A DNA stretch of 62,907 nt, filler included, from Sphacelaria rigidula (Eukaryota), in assembly GCA_964200075.2 (NCBI GenBank). It is 10 parts of 10 records of this genome, joined end to end, with 100 filler letters (N's around TTAATTAATTAA, not from the genome) between each part and the next. Parts side by side here need not be neighbours in the genome. Positions count along the whole stretch, not along the records: positions 31,506 to 37,706 come from CAXNAA020021553.1; positions 37,807 to 44,007 come from CAXNAA020021554.1; positions 44,108 to 50,307 come from CAXNAA020021555.1; 7 more parts are not named here. One strand, given 5' to 3'. The position numbers were made by a program, and so were the translations under genes. The notes below the pieces were generated by a model, which was given only the letters and a program-made list of their open reading frames with translations, was not told the origin of the DNA and made no database searches. This document shows, piece by piece, positions 36,054-49,097 of the stretch. Position 1 is the first letter of the stretch; each line of letters begins with the position of its first letter.

Positions 36054-37108
36054 GTGCAGTTATACCGTGCGTACAAGTGGATGTCGGAGGATACACAACA
36101 GACCAGCGCGTGAAATGTTTTCGAGCCTACGGGTACGATTCTGTGTTTCGAACACCGCTGCTGCGCCTTTGTTTTCCCTGTTTAGCGTGTTCTATTTTTT
36201 TTCTTTCTTCTCCCTCTCTCTCGTGTTTTTTTTCGTCGTTTCCATTTTGTCCAGTTCCCTCCGGTGGGTGTTAATCCCTTTATTCCTCTACCTAAGTCCC
36301 TCGGGGATGAGTTGATGTGCGGCAACCAACCAATCAATCGAGCAATTCCCTGGGGGCGCCCATTTCGTAACCGCACACCGCTGTATTCTTGCCGGGTCAT
36401 CTTTTCTTGTGCTTCGATCAATCAACCAGTATATCAATCAAGCGATGCTCGCTCGGGTTTGAACTGCTGTACGTGGTCACTCAAGTAGTGATGGGGGTTA
36501 CCCTCTTTCTTGCTTTTTTTCACGCCTTTTTTTGTTCTTGTCAAATGCTCCCGTCGTGATTTTGTCTGGTGGATTTTTCGTTTGTTTGTTTTTTTGGGGA
36601 GGGGGGGGGAGGAGGAGAAGGAAGCTTGTTCTCGTTGCCTACTGTATTGTGTGGGTAGCGCAACCACTACTCCATTCGCAAGGCACGCTACAAGCTGTAT
36701 ACCAACCAGTTTGCGTCATGTGTTCGTATATCCTGGCCTCGGACAAAACTCACGGTACCAACTTGTGAGTCCAGAAGAATTTAAGCAAACTCACACAGCA
36801 CCAACTAACTATTGGGTCTAACGTCGCGGAGTAGTTATTCCATTCCATGACAGTAGTCCGGCGGTTCCAGCACAAGTAAGGCCGTAGGGAATAGAGGATA
36901 GAGCGAGGGCACGCCGGGTGTACAACCCCCATCCCAATGTCCCCGATTAGAGTTACCTCTCAATGAGCTTCGCAGGCCCATACACTGCACAGCCTAGGAC
37001 GCTTCCAAGATAAACGGGATCCGCTTCAGTTGCACATGTCAAGCACACAGCTTCATACCGTGCGTGCCCTGCATACGGGTGACAGTCACGCAATGGACAC
37101 GCTACACT

Positions 37109-37442
37109 TGGAGCTCGGAAATGGTTTGTCTAACCATTGACCAGTTAAATGGCACATAATGGTTTGGTCATCGAGAAGCGCGAGCCAAAAAGCCCCCCTG
37201 GCAGAAGGGGGCCCGCCGGAGGCGCCCCCGGAGGGCTCCGCTAAAGGCGCCGTCCGGGAGGCACGTTTTTACGCGATTTGGCTTCACTAGAGATAAAAAA
37301 TACATGTGCTGTACGTAGCATACGTAACCGGTAACGGTAAATAATGGTTTGAAACCGTTATCCATAATTTCCATATAACCATTACCATTATTACCATTAA
37401 ATGGTGATGTCCAGTAATAACTGATACCATTTCCGTGCTCTA
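37109..37442. mobile_element. hAT-like MITE
   Basis: TIR tggagctcggaaatggt / accatttccgtgctcta; imperfect 8-bp TSD gctacact/gctataat; accatt/aatggt subterminal motifs. Confidence 0.55.
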
Positions 37443-38010
37443 GCTATAATATACCTATCGCTTGCGACCGCCGCGATATAGGAGGGGAGCACGCTTGAAC
37501 TCGTAGTCCATAATGTCATGCAATCGAATATGTGGAAAATCAAGAAAAAAAAAAAGCGTACGATTTATGCTCTTTTGCAGCAAAAATATCCAAACGCTGT
37601 ATCAAACGTTTACTTTTTTTTTTGCTTAGCGGCGATACCCTTACCCAAGCCCCCCCCCCCCCCCCGCGCCCCCTCCCCACCCCCCCGCCCCCCCCTGCCT
37701 CTCGTCNNNNNNNNNNNNNNNNNNNNNNNNNNNNNNNNNNNNNNNNNNNNTTAATTAATTAANNNNNNNNNNNNNNNNNNNNNNNNNNNNNNNNNNNNNN
37801 NNNNNNGGATTGTTTACCGCCTGCCTGCTCTTAGGCTTCATCCACGAGAACGCAGTACCACACTCATAAAAAAATGATCGTCTGTGTACAGAACCGTTTC
37901 ACAAATCTGTGATACTGTACCGTCTGTGCCATAAAATGGTCACCCCGATTTTGAGTACACGAATTTGAGTCCCCCCGATTTTTTAGTCGGGATTCGTTTG
38001 CCATAAAAGT

Positions 38011-38680
38011 GGGTCTTACGCTAAAAAAAAAACAAGTCAACTGCCAAGATTCCCGCATACAAAAATCATACGCACCTCATGTATCTTTCGACGGTTTAAC
38101 AGGGTTTAGTACTGTATTTTCAGTACAAATCTAGGGTTATTTTGCTCGTGGATTTCTCCGCCGTGTCTGGTGTAACCAGCCTCAAACATGGCACAGAGGT
38201 AGATCACAACACATGCAGCATATTCCCGGAGCGGCGGCACGTTTTACGTGGTGCGCTCTTAGCGCGAAGCAAAATACGGATTTTGGGCAATGTCATCGAT
38301 ACGCCCTCAAAACGTAGTCCCTTCGGCCCAGACTGCGTGAGACGTCAGTGGATGCATATGTTGACACGCAGATACGCTCACTTCCTGCTGGGTGGCTCCT
38401 GCCCTGGCAAACGAACACATCGATTCATATTGCGCACACTCTGGATGATGTCATTCTACGCGGTACCTCTCTAGGCATCGTCTGTAGAGGTGCTCACTTC
38501 AGGAGGCACGGTCGTGCAAGCGCTGTTAGTGCTTTCACGTGCTGAAACTTCGACCACATGTCATGTAGACTACAGACAACAACCCCATCTTGCTGAATCT
38601 GGGGTTGCGCGGTGTGTGCGTGCGTACTGGGGCGAAAAGATGTCGGATTCTGTTCCGATTTTTTTTTTGGCGTAAGACTG
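38011..38680. mobile_element. MITE, same family as 30200-30905, opposite orientation
   Basis: gggtcttacgctaaaa ... ttttggcgtaagactg; flanks aagt/gagt. Confidence 0.8.
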
Positions 38681-38805
38681 GAGTGTTTCGAGGTTACCAA
38701 CTGAGCCACCGCGGCGACCGATGGTTAACATTTGATTTTACTTTATTTCACACTCAACACCGATATTGGGATATTTCAAGGGTCTAGCAGTCCCAAGTTC
38801 TCCAA

Positions 38806-40028
38806 CGAGCTGGGCCAGCCTAGAGACGGATTGCAAGTTTGCAGGCGAATGCGCCGGCCACTATTTAGAGTTGGAGCGTCAAATCTGGTATAGACAAGGC
38901 ATAGGGCATAAAAAAAAATGGAAGGAAGCACCCGAATTTTTTTTTTTCGTGAGATAATGGCGTTTTACTGATACCTGAAGAGTGATTATTGTCCTTAACT
39001 CGCGAATAAAAAAAAAACTTCTGGGGCTTTTTAACATTCTTTTTTTATGCCCTGTGCATTTGTCAATACCAAATTTCATGCTCCAACTCTAATGATTGGC
39101 CGGCGCATTCTCCTTTCGAAAATCGGGTGGGTAGAAATTCGGAACAGTACTTTGCAGGCCACTCACCGGCCCATGTTTGGTTTTTGTGTATTTAAATTTT
39201 GCGTGCGTCCTCGCCAGGTCATCATTAACAAAACTCAGTGGGTCAGTTGTTTTTATTCATTTTTTCGCTGGTTGAGGGCGTTCTAGTTCTAGCATGGAGA
39301 AGACCATTTCTTCACGAGAACCCCCTAACCTTTACGTAAAAAATAAAATAAATAAACCTAAAGGCCCATTTTTATCTTTTATTCGGCACACTTTTGTGGT
39401 TCTCCATGCTGACTTTCAAATTACAATTCTAAAAATTGAGCTAAAACATTGAGATAAGGCCTAAGAGCAATGTTCACTTCTCCTCATAACTCCAGTAAAA
39501 ACACGAAAAAAAATGAAAAAAAATGGAAAAGGTAACGAGCTGTTTTTATTTTTTTCTATTATGCACTAGCGGTTCATCACACGAAGTTTTACGGAACAAC
39601 TCTCAAAAACTGAGACGCGATATCCAGACGTAGGGCATCTAGTGCCTCTGCTCGTAATATTTTGATTTTAGTATAGAAATTATGTGTGCCATACCTCGGG
39701 ATAGATAACGGATTAGGTGAAGGTGAGGGTATTTATCGTCTCCCCTTGTCCCGGAGAATGTCCTCACCAAAACTCGTCATCCGCTGAATGCGTCGATCGG
39801 GGGTTTCATAGAGATTTTAGTGTGGACGCCATCTCCGTTAGGTATAAGAATTACTAGACATGGGGTTTAACCAACGAGAAAATATGAGCCTAATCTTGTA
39901 AGCAGATGGGCACCTTCCCCTTGGTTACACGATGAATACGATATGCGGATCACGGCCCAACTCGTCTGTGTCGACGAAATTTTGCTTTTAGAGCTTCAAT
40001 TTTAGAGCTTTTAGGCTGGCCCAGCTCG
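38806..40028. mobile_element. Longer non-autonomous element with CGAGCTGGGCCAGCCTA TIRs
   Basis: TIRs at 38806 and 40012-40028; internal parts recur at ~42825-42930 and ~51960-52245; another TIR at 42042. Confidence 0.65.
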
Positions 40029-40206
40029 TAGCTCGTCCCGAATGCTCCCTTCGCATGGTGTCGCGATGTCACTAGGCTTTGACTCCACCTGCTCTTTTTT
40101 TTCTCGTTCTCTGCGCTTGTTTTCTCCTGCGTTTTTTATCGCTTTTCTGCGCCTTTTCTGCGCCTTTTTTTGCGCCTTTTTTTGCGCTTCTGCCCCTATT
40201 TTTTGG

Positions 40207-40346
40207 ACGTCGAAAGTTAAGCTAGGCTAGTAATACGGTGGGGTACAGCGTGGGGAGCCCTGATTTGACTTGACTTTTAAACAGAGCTTCTCCCCACGCG
40301 GTACCTGTCCCTCACCGCAGTACTAGCCTGGCTCAACTTTTGACGT
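40207..40346. mobile_element. Small MITE with 26-bp TIR
   Basis: acgtcgaaagttaagctaggctagta versus reverse complement acgtcaaaagttgagccaggctagta. Confidence 0.65.
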
Positions 40347-40947
40347 GAAACATGAAACATGAACTTGTGATGTGTACAGGCCGGGCCGCCTAAGAAGCGG
40401 ACTTTCCTTCAGCCGTTTCTAACTGACGATCTATCGCGAGTTGTGCCTACTATGACACATCGTGGTAACCTACGAATCAACGCGCGGTTTTCACTACAGT
40501 ACACGTGCGTAGCACTGCGATCTGACAAGTTCCCATCAAACGAAATACCAAACTGCAGTCAGCTGCAAAGTGTAGAGAGTTGAGGGTGGCATGTGCGGCG
40601 GAATTAGGGGGAAGAAACGGCTGAAGCCGCACTTATTGTCACAAGTCAGTTGTGCAGCGGCCCGAAAGTGATGGTGATGCACTAGTTATGCTTGTACAAC
40701 AAGGCATGTACTGTAGGCGCGAATTCTTGACACGGTATACATGAGGTATATGTGAAGCCCCTACTGTTTACCCCCTCTTCTTCCCATTTTCCTCCGATGT
40801 TCTCGATCTAAATTCGTAACAGTTCAAAACATATCTCATTCGCATCGTGTGGAAATTTCGTCAAAAACTACTCGAAATTCAACGGCGTAACCGCGTTTCA
40901 TTTTTTCGTGACTGGTTCATCTCCACGTAGGAACCAGTCTTAGACAC

Positions 40948-41233
40948 GAACACGCGATTTAGCAGCTGAGTTTGAGGTCGTTTTCAGTGAAATTCCGACA
41001 CGATGTGTATGATAGTTGCTGTGCGAAGACGCCACCTTTCCCCCTCTCCATTTTCACTTTTCCGTGAGTATCGGCAACCAAATATTTCACGACAGTTTTT
41101 TCTTCAACGAAAGCGTGAATAAATTCAGTATATATATAGGGGGGAAAGGTGGCGTCTTCGCACATACATCCTGTACATCATGTCAAAATTTTATAGTACA
41201 CGACCTGAAATTTGGATGCTAAATCGCGTGTTC
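40948..41233. mobile_element. Foldback MITE with ~100-bp inverted arms
   Basis: gaacacgcgatttagca...gaagacgccacctttcccc and its inverse; related sequence at ~50090-50307. Confidence 0.7.
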
Positions 41234-41384
41234 ACATCCCTGTCCTCGTCTTGGGCGGCCCAGCCCGTACTAAGTTCCTCATGCATACAAGATGTAATCA
41301 ACCCTGCGACATCGCGTTACGCCTCATACCCAAATCACTTGCTCAAATAGGGATCGCTCTGTTTCGTTCACCCCCCGTCGTGCT

Positions 41385-41455
41385 GCTGCTGCCCCGTCTC
41401 GAAAGGGATGCGTGGTCAATAGTCAAACGACCAAGGCAAGCAACAAATGAGTACG
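41385..41455 (+). mobile_element. Minimal 3'-end copy of the C-tailed LINE, 12-bp TSD
   Basis: TSD ccccgtcgtgct at 41373-41384 and 41456-41467. Confidence 0.85.
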
Positions 41456-43337
41456 CCCCGTCGTGCTTGGTTTCACGAACAATGTGGAGGAAAACCAGTG
41501 TACGTCAGCAATCCGACACTACATTACACAACGAACCCAGGATCACCTTGCACGCGCGTGTTTTACACTCTCCTCGAAACGCTTGCTACACGGCAAATTT
41601 ATAGATGTAAAACGATGGATGCCTCATCGGGTGGGCGGTATGCGCTCATAACGTCTCCCTAGGACGGGGGATAATTTGGCGCCTTCAAAATGGCCAGGAA
41701 AAAGCCGCCAAAGCTCTAGGCTTGCAACACGGGTTTGGGGGGACTCGTGTCGCGCAAGCTGGCCGCCACATGCTTTCCGGTCGCCATGGACTTTAGCCAC
41801 TGCGGTATGCAACATTGTGATTTGATCGCAATTGGGCATATACGGAACGAACCCCGGCTTTGACTAGCTCCGTAGCAGAGACGGACTGTGCAGTGATGCA
41901 CGGCCTCCGAGTATTGAGTTTTGTCGTCCCTTCTTTCCGATACAAATCGGATAAAACTGTCGGACAGGCGTTACAGAAACAAGCGTAGGAGCAGCGTTCA
42001 CCCTGACCGACCGCGGAGTACCGAACTTTCTCCACTGTCCACGAGCTGGGCCGACCTAGACACGAATTCGCGGTTTTCAGACTTCGCCTCACCTCAATTC
42101 TGAGAGATGGACCTCCACGTTTGGTACAAACTAAGAACAGGGCGTACTGAAAAAAATTCATGGCGGGACGCCTGCGTTTTTTCTTCTTTTGTCGTGAGTG
42201 GGTGGGTAAAACTAGCATGCTCGATCAAGTTCCAGCATGCCTTCTTCCTCCGCACCAAATTCCAAGAGTTCACTTCTCGAAGTTGAGGTGAAACGGGGCG
42301 ATATCAAACCGGACCGGGCGAAATTCGGAAGAATATTTTTCAGGCCATTTACCAGCCGATATTTGATGCTTATCTTTTTATAAATGTGTGGGACCTTGCT
42401 CGGCCGCCATGAACCCAAAAAGCGGATTTTTTCTCCACTTGTTGAGGACATTCAACTGTAGTATTCGACACATCTTGATACAACGCCCACCTCTCTAAAA
42501 ATGAGCTGATTTCTTTCTTCTTCGTTTCACACTGGTAACTCTCCACACAAAATTCGTACGTCGGACAGCTCATAAGCCACCTGAATAATACTTCTTGCTA
42601 CAGGACTAATCCGGATCACGAGGTAGTTCATTTCGCCACAATTTCCGTCTCAGGTCCCGACAGCGATGGACGCCGCGAACGCCGTGTAGCAGAAGGCAAT
42701 TCTTTGGCTTCACGGACACTGCTGTCATGTGCTCCATGTTTTTGTACAACAGATCTCAGAGTTCTCTTCGATTACTTATTTCAGGGATCATAGCTCATGA
42801 GCTGTCCCCCATGCGCAAAAATTCGAAGCACAACTTTCGAAAACTGAGACGCGATGTCCAGATTTAGTGCGTTTGGTGCCCCTACCCGTTGTCTATTCGT
42901 CTTGGTTTGGAAATTCACGTGCGCCACATGTCGGTTTAGATGAGGGTTCGCAGATGAGAACAAAAATGCAACGGAAATTGCGACCAGAACACAGAAAAGA
43001 GTGCTAGGCGGTATCGTTCATTTTTTACGTGTGCTCTCATGTTCGAGTGGTTATTGCCACACTTGTCGAATCCACGTGAACCTGCAGGGGTGCAATATTG
43101 AGCGCCCAGTAGATGAATATCATGGATCGCTTCCGCAACTACATATCGTATTATCGTGACTTCGGCACCTCTAGGCCTCTCGCTTCACCTAGAAATTCCC
43201 TGGAATGACGCATGAGTGGTTTGGGAAATCTTCCCAGACGATTGGGGAACCCGCGCATGACCGATATACTGCTGAAGATCTAATGATTCACCTCGGCGAT
43301 TCAGTGATCAAAGTGCCGTAGTAAACGTGGTCCTCAC

Positions 43338-43451
43338 CTGGGCGAAGTTAGAGGCCTTCCCAGACTTGTACTGGGTTACCTTGTGCACCGTGTGCTTGCA
43401 GCACTTCTTCGCCTTGCAAAAGGTCCTCCTCTCCTTCGGAACGTTCACCAT
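43338..43451 (-). CDS. RPL36A: 60S ribosomal protein eL42 (L36a/L44), first coding exon
   Basis: [38 protein letters not shown]|gtgagg; not in the ORF track (too short). Confidence 0.95.
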
Positions 43452-44621
43452 CTGGATCGGTTGGAATTGGAGTGGGTTGTTGTTGATCTTGTTATCTGCA
43501 CATGAAGAACTTCTGTGATATGTGCGCGATACTCCGTACTGGGCATCTGATGCGGACGCCTTCTTCAGTCACAGTCCAAGTACCAGAAGTGAGGTGTAGT
43601 AAAACCCGTAAAACTAAAATTGGACTTGCGAAAATCCACACCATGTACACTGTATGGTCAATAGTTGCAGTAGACAAGAGACGTACTGCGTGAAGTATAG
43701 GTCTATTGCGACTGTTGTCCGCAGTAGTTGCAATACGCCTTTACGTTATGCAATACACTCCTCGTCCATGGCATCCGTTGACCATATATCGTCCAGGGTG
43801 TGGGAATTCACGCAGCCGTGATGAAGTATGAAAAAAATACTGCGAACCTCACAAGCGGGTACGTTCATAACTTACGGCCAGCCGACACAAGCAGCTGCAC
43901 GGTTGCCAACGGTGGAGCTCTCACTCTACTCGGTTCCAAGCCAGCAGGGGGGGGGTGTATTCATGATCATGCATGCCATAGTCACAAGATCATTGATCTC
44001 GCATCCCNNNNNNNNNNNNNNNNNNNNNNNNNNNNNNNNNNNNNNNNNNNNTTAATTAATTAANNNNNNNNNNNNNNNNNNNNNNNNNNNNNNNNNNNNN
44101 NNNNNNNAATGAGTTGCTATATTTTCTGGTATCGCAACTTCCAGAGACAGCCACGGCTTCAACACTGCCTCATGGGTGTCTCACCATTTCAACACTACGG
44201 GGAGGGGGGGAAGGGCAAGAAACAAACGCTGGGATTGAAAGCATGCCACGTAACTTCATGCTATATACTGTTCTGTGTATACCACCCAAATCACTCCACT
44301 GCTTCCCTCTCTGTTCATGAGACTACTTCCCAAACGTGACGTCTCCGCGTTCATTCAGATTAGCCGCCCTCACCTCAATAATCTTGCTCTACATCGTCAT
44401 CCCCCTGATGATCTACGTTAATACAAACATACTCCACATGAACGCCTTCCTTCGGCCCTTCCTCCAGACGTTTTTCCCATGCGTTCATAATTCCATAGTA
44501 ATCCCACAAGTCGACTCCCACGCCCCCACCCCACCAAGACGCGGACAGCTATTTTCCCGTCTCCCCTTCACAACAAAAGACATGGGCACACCCTAACTGT
44601 ACAATCGCAGTCGCGCTGTTG

Positions 44622-44725
44622 TCATGAGCTAGGAGCATGCGGCAATGTACCGTTAGCGTGGTCATTTGCGTGCCCTGGTGCATCTCCTTCTCCTCCTTGG
44701 TCACCGTCGGCATCTTCGAATTGAC
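44622..44725 (-). CDS. CLNS1A: pICln (methylosome subunit), terminal exon
   Basis: aag|GT CAA TTC GAA GAT GCC GAC = GQFEDAD...PSS*; GQFEDAD is the conserved pICln C-terminal motif; phase fits exon 49015-49097. Confidence 0.8.
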
Positions 44726-45920
44726 CTTTTCAGAAAGAAAGAAAAAAAAAAGAAAATAACGTGAAAAAAAAAGTACCAGAAACATACTTCTCGTATGTGT
44801 TTGTTGAAAGACGACACATTTGCGTACATGAAAATAAAAAGAGCAAGAGAGGAAAAAAAAAAGGAAATATAAACACGAGGAAAAAATCGATAGGAAAAAA
44901 AAAACAAGAACAAGAATGACAAAAAAGCAGAGACGAAAGCATACTTATATATATATATATATATATACACGAGTGGGAGACCTTGAAAAACAAACACCAA
45001 TGACATCGGGACTAACACATGAACACAAACACATGAAAAAATAACAACGCAACGGAGGCAATAAATGGCCTTCACCCCGAAAACGTTGTTCTCCGACTAA
45101 AACAAAAAAGTAACAACTCACACTGGCAAACACCTGAAGAATAAGGTGTAGGTAGGGCGACGAAGATACACCAAAACCCCCCCCTCCACCCCCCCCCCCA
45201 CCCCCAAAAAAAAATGTTCGAGTTTTGCTAGCAATCGCTGCTATGCCACTCACTCATCAATGAGTGATGCTACGGTAGGGGTGCACCAATATTTTCTGAA
45301 GTTAGAATCGTTGGGATCCCTTTACCTTATCCAAAACACGACTTGTGAAATATGTAAGAGTACGCGAGGATTACCATTCGAATGTGCTAGGGATACCCCG
45401 AATGAAAATTACAGACGGGGATGCCCTGACTCATATTCTTGTGCATCTAGGATCATTAGGAGCTTCTAAAGCAGACAAGGTTTTGCGTAAAAAGTGCACC
45501 CTTACCACCGTAGCATTGCTCCGATGGTTGGCGATTTAATCGGATTTCCAAATTAATCGAGTTCAGTCGGGTCATGGCAAATCGCGCCTGCCTTGCGCAC
45601 TTAAAAACTTTGGATGATGACGGACGCACGCTCCGATTTTTACTTGAGCTCATTCCTAGCAAATCTTGTGCTTTGGTTTTCAGGATTTAATTCGTCGAAT
45701 CGTTCTCCACCACCACAAAACACACAAAAAAAAGTAAATTGCCGTGCATGACACGGCCTGCCTGCATGTCCCACCAGTCCAATGTTTACACGTACTTTTT
45801 TTCTTCACGAGACTCATTCCGCCCAAACCTTTCCGCACTGTTTTGTCTGATTACTGGCCCACCATTTCAAGCTCTTTTCACCGTACCAATCATATCTCAA
45901 CATTTTTTTTTTATATCTCG

Positions 45921-46282
45921 AGTGAGTTGTCGTCCCATTTATTCTGGACGCCGGTCTACACATTTCGGTATATGTGGGCGCACCAGCTGGGGTTACACAG
46001 GAGGAAGGCCAACATATGATTTTTTTTCTTCTTTGTTTGTTTTTACTTCTCCACCTTCCTTCTGAGGTGCTTGCCCTTTTCTTTTTATCGTGAGAGGGGT
46101 TCAGCAGCCCCTTTACCTCGTCGACCATCAAGTCGAATTTTCGTTTACCCACGACATAGATAGTCGCTCTCCACTGTTGGGCATTGTGTGAGAAAAAATC
46201 CCAGATCGCTCCGAGATTCGGACCCTCGACCCAACCGTCAGAAGGTTACGAGGTAACCAACTGAGCCACCGGGGCGACCGGC
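45921..46282 (-). mobile_element. SINE family 1, full length (tRNA head)
   Basis: A box TGGCTCAGTTGG, B box-like GGTCCGAATC; body matches 1-200 and 53732-54101. Confidence 0.8.
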
Positions 46283-46527
46283 TTCGAGTATTCGGTCATC
46301 AACCAGTCAGTGAAGCAACTGCAATCACCCCTACAACACCCAGGGCCGGGGCTCCTAAGAGCAGGGAGGCTTGTGTACTGCGCCAACTTGATGGGGGATT
46401 TTAGTGGGAGCATCCCCCACAGATTGCCGCGAGGTGGTCTAGCCGAGTCTTCGGGTGATCGGCACACGAACACGCTTGCGAAATTCGCCTGCGGGGTAAG
46501 TGTTGGGTTGGATTTCTTCCTTCCGTC

Positions 46528-46779
46528 GACTAATGCCGAGATAGCCCCCCCACAAAACGTGCACGGTGGACCGTCCGACAAACCGGCTGCGATCCCACTG
46601 TTGGGCTCATTTGCAGCAATGCTGCCCACATGAAAGGCTTGTAGCAGTCCGAAATCAGCTATAACGCCCAAGTAAGTCGCGTCGTGGAACACGAAACAAG
46701 CTATAACGGCATTAATGATCATCGCCTCCGTGCACATTTTTGGCCGGTTTTTTTGGGGGGGGCTATCTCGGCAGCAGTC
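46528..46779. mobile_element. MITE with GAC...GTC termini, 4-bp TSD (CGTC)
   Basis: Homologue of 13650-13898; TSD at 46524-46527 and 46780-46783. Confidence 0.85.
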
Positions 46780-46996
46780 CGTCAAGAAAAAAAAACACAC
46801 GCACACACACAACACAACACAAACACAAACACACAAAGATTTTTTACGCATGATATATACCACGCTTTCCAACCATCTCATCTCATCATTGCAATTTAGT
46901 CGTGCGTCCAAGCCTCTCGCTGTACGTGCGTACCCGTAGGTGAAGAAAAACACAACCCCTCTCCCCCCCCCCTCCTCCCCTTCCCTTCCCCTTCCC

Positions 46997-47218
46997 CGCT
47001 ATCGCTATACTTGGGGAGACAGATGCTGGCCACAGAGGGCGAAACCGAAGGAGAATGAAATACGTGAAATATTTCCGTGAGATGTATGGAAGAAACGTCA
47101 TGAGCGCCAGAATGTTGAAGATGTCTCTATTAGGACTAGGAACGGTGCTCCGTCTCGAAAGCGATGCGTGGTCAATGGTCAAACGACCAAGGCAAGAAAC
47201 ACACGAGTACGCCCTCCC
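46997..47218 (+). mobile_element. 5'-truncated C-tailed LINE fragment
   Basis: Matches ~59125-59340; directly preceded by a 40-nt C/T tract. Confidence 0.8.
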
Positions 47219-47890
47219 GGTTCTCCACAGGAAACGGGTAACCTACCTACCCCCTCTAACGTCACAATTTTCAACCTGAGTTTTGACGTCAACTGCGGCA
47301 GAACGGCCACGGTGCCAAACGTTGATCTAACAGAAAAACCACATATTTTTTTTCACATTAATTTTCTTTTTTTTTTCACGTCTTAGTCTACCTTGTGGTT
47401 CTGTTCTACTTTTTTATGTTTCTTATTTTTCTTCAGCAAGTGTTTCAGTTTTTTTTTTTCTTGGGTCCGTTCATCATGTGACCACGGCTGGATCCCTGGG
47501 GGGGCCAATTAAAGAGCGACAATCAACCAATCATTCAACCAGCTTGACGTTGAGGGTCCTTTGCCTGTTGAATCGGCGACAATTTTAAATCAAACCAAGT
47601 AATGGCTGTATGTGAGATCCAGATCAACCACCCTGACCCAGAGCACCACCTCTTGACCCTTTGACCCCCACGGTAGGGGCAGGCGATCTGTTGAGTCGGC
47701 GTCGTCGTCTAGAATATTTTTTCCAAGCGTAAAGAGATCATGCTGATTCAACACCGATCATCCAGCCCAGTGGTGAAAGGGTTTATAACCCTTCACTTGT
47801 ACGTCTATAGTCATGGGACTACGGCTCGACCCCTGGAGAATCAGTTGAAGTGCCACAACCGATCAATCAACCAAATAAATCACGCCAAGG

Positions 47891-47949
47891 GTAGGTAGGT
47901 AGGTAGGTAGGCAGGTAGGCAGGTAGGTAGGTAGGTAGGTAGGTAGGTG
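47891..47949. repeat. (GGTA)n microsatellite
   Basis: Direct. Confidence 0.95.
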
Positions 47950-49014
47950 AGTCATCTGTTGAGATCGGCACAATCTACACTAGAAAAAATAACTCTGATA
48001 TACCCAGATCGTCCACCCTGGGGAACACAAAAGAATGCTCAAGGCAAAAAGGACCATGATGAGATAAGGTCATCATGGACTTTTCACCCGCTTTTTTTGC
48101 TGTCCTGTTTCTTGTAACGCACAAATACTGCGGACCCGTCGGGGTAATGCGGCACAACTCCACCTGGGCAACGCCTTCGAGATTACGCTCAAAAATTATG
48201 TTAGGATGGATTTTATACGGATCGAGATGCCGTTGGCATACATCAACGATTCATTATTTACTTCGTGGTTTTACTCAGCTCCTTCCCTCATGATTTTCAC
48301 GCTTGCCTGCATGCACATAAATGCTAGTGTTCCCTACTTGCGTGACTTTTCTTGGACACTGCTCAATCTTGGGGGATTTCTCTCTCTACAACAGAGCTCT
48401 CCATATCCCGCATATAATGTCATACACCAGAAGTAGCGTTTCATTTTCCATTTCTCTATTCCTTTTTTTCGTCATACTCTCAACCCGCTCTCCTTCCTCG
48501 GGACAAGCCCATGCGGTCTCAAGAGGGATGAACCCTAATCTCGCCCCCATCTTCCTGATACTGTGCACGCCGTACAGTTTGACATCGCGGATTGGATGAT
48601 GACTTTTCGCACCCACTTTCGGACTCCGTCAACTCTCGTCAAAACTTACTTTTTTCTTTGCTGCCCACGTAACATCCTCATGTTTCCAACGACGGAAGAT
48701 CGCGTACGATTTCTCACAACATGAAAAAAAAAAGCATCTACGAGGTCAATACGACCAGGATCGTAATCCGCATTCTTCAGTTGTACTAGTCAACCACGGG
48801 GGCTTTTTTCTTTTTTTCTTCACCCTTCAACTGCTACACACACATAAACGAACACACGCCTCGGAAGACAGTAACGAGGAGAAAGGGAAAACGAAGAAGA
48901 AAAATGAAGGAAGGCAAGAAAGAGACAGAACAGAAAAAAGAGAGATGAGAACAACAACAGAAAGCAAGATACTGGGCGACAAATATGGTTTTAGTACGCA
49001 GAACAGAAACCCAC

Positions 49015-49097
49015 CCTCTTGTGGCTCCATGCCCTCCGGCACAACAAGCACGGAGTCCAAGTGTGCCATAATCCTCGCTTGCTCGGCTGTTAACTCG
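49015..49097 (-). CDS. CLNS1A: pICln, penultimate exon
   Basis: cag|C ELTAEQARIMAHLDSVLVVPEGMEPQE G|gtgggt; resembles pICln LTAEGQATLERLEGML as recalled. Confidence 0.75.

Noticed and set aside
42042..42620. Transposase or Fanzor/TnpB next to a CGAGCTGGGCC TIR
   Set aside because: No DDE or RuvC/zinc-finger motif recognisable in any frame
48200..48720. piggyBac-like transposase remnant (VSFDE on the minus strand)
   Set aside because: One short motif amid stops; insufficient without an HMM search
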